A DNA stretch of 58,142 bases, filler included, from Sphacelaria rigidula (lineage: Eukaryota), in NCBI GenBank assembly GCA_964200075.2. It is 8 parts of 8 records of this genome, joined end to end, with 100 filler letters (N's around TTAATTAATTAA, not from the genome) between each part and the next. Parts side by side here need not be neighbours in the genome. Positions count along the whole stretch, not along the records: positions 50,963 to 58,142 come from CAXNAA020016110.1; 7 more parts are not named here. One strand, 5' to 3'. The stretch's first letter is position 1. Each line of letters opens with the position of its first letter. The translations under genes were made by a program, and so were the position numbers. The notes below the pieces were generated by a model. The model was given only the letters and a program-made list of their open reading frames with translations, was not told where the DNA came from and made no database searches. This document shows, in pieces, positions 57,213 to 58,142 of the stretch.

Positions 57213-58142
57213 TACTATAATAGTACAAAACATAACACGCGCAAGGTCCCTTTTCACACAAACAGCATCGCCTACTGCCCACCTATAGCGATCGAGTCTT
57301 CTTCTTTTCTTGTCCGTCGTGGCCGCGAGGTTCGGCGCACGCGAAAAAGATTTTTTCAAACCGTGTCCTTCCAATTCGAGGTATTGTATATTCAGAAGTG
57401 ACTGAGGCCTCTCTTGAAAGGAGATACAAAACACCCGTGACGCAGGAAGTACGTAGATTGTGGCGAGAAATATCCGTGACGCTCCTTGGGTGTCTTGATT
57501 ACGATCCCTTGGACAATATCCACGAGGGTCATTTCCACGACCATTATCTTGGTAGCTGTCCTGTCTCCAAGGGAGACTCTCTCGCTGAGGTTGTCAAGCT
57601 GTGTGTGCCTCCACACCACGTCCACGAAGGCAGACTCTGTTACTAGAGCATCGACACAGCGCTCGCACTACTGTAGCCAGTCCTTTCGTGATGGTATACT
57701 GTTTTCCAAACAATGAAATATAGTGGAAAGAAGGGAGAGAGAGCTGAAGATGCATGTCTCCGACCCAAGGCAACAACCGGACAGAAAAGGCAGTGATAAT
57801 TCCAGTGCACACACACCACTATCCCTAGTCAACGAAAAATCGACTCACTCGTCTTGTTTCCATGTTGGATTGATTCCTCGTGGGCTGTCGTCGACGTGTT
57901 GTTGTTGCGCAAACGGTTGGCAAGCAGCTCTCCGTTTGGCTGCTCTAATCGCACCAAATTTTTTGTGCATAAGGCGTTTGCAAGTAATTGCTGATTTGCC
58001 TGTATCAACCATTGCTTGTATACTGACCGTATTTGTTCTTACTCCTATGCGCGTTTTTTTTTTTTTTTTTTTGTTCTTGTTAGTGGAGTTAAATCTTTTT
58101 TTCTTTTCCTTTTGTGTTTGTTTTGCACGTCTTTGATGCTGC

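Noticed and set aside
57398-57646. Possible exon or small ORF on either strand
   Set aside because: No recognisable motif, and it does not continue the mitochondrial carrier sequence.

Overview
Eukaryotic, intron-rich and repeat-rich DNA, most consistent with a brown alga. The basis is a mannuronan C5-epimerase-like gene and short exons separated by ~0.3-1.7 kb introns. The window is not one locus. It consists of eight contigs of 7180-7181 bp joined by identical 100-bp N44-TTAATTAATTAA-N44 linkers, so adjacency across linkers is meaningless and genes are cut at contig ends. Host genes, all partial: GDP-mannose 4,6-dehydratase (5 exons, -), prenylcysteine oxidase/lyase (9 exons, +), a coiled-coil protein (4 exons, +), a divergent mannuronan C5-epimerase-like beta-helix protein lacking the YGFDPHD catalytic motif (7 exons, +), one mitochondrial-carrier exon, and a tRNA-Cys(GCA)-like gene. 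Mobile DNA: a decayed hAT transposase, a chromodomain Ty3/gypsy 3' end, a full-length decayed RTE-type LINE, Copia remnants, tRNA-derived SINEs, palindromic Harbinger-like MITEs, and a 2.6-kb element with Stowaway/mariner-type TIRs. The most unusual signals are (1) non-LTR retroposons that end in oligo(C) and insert into G/C runs, (2) tandem PAM2-like motifs at the start of the RTE ORF, and (3) the open but catalytically remodelled epimerase paralogue. All calls are by eye; no searches were run.
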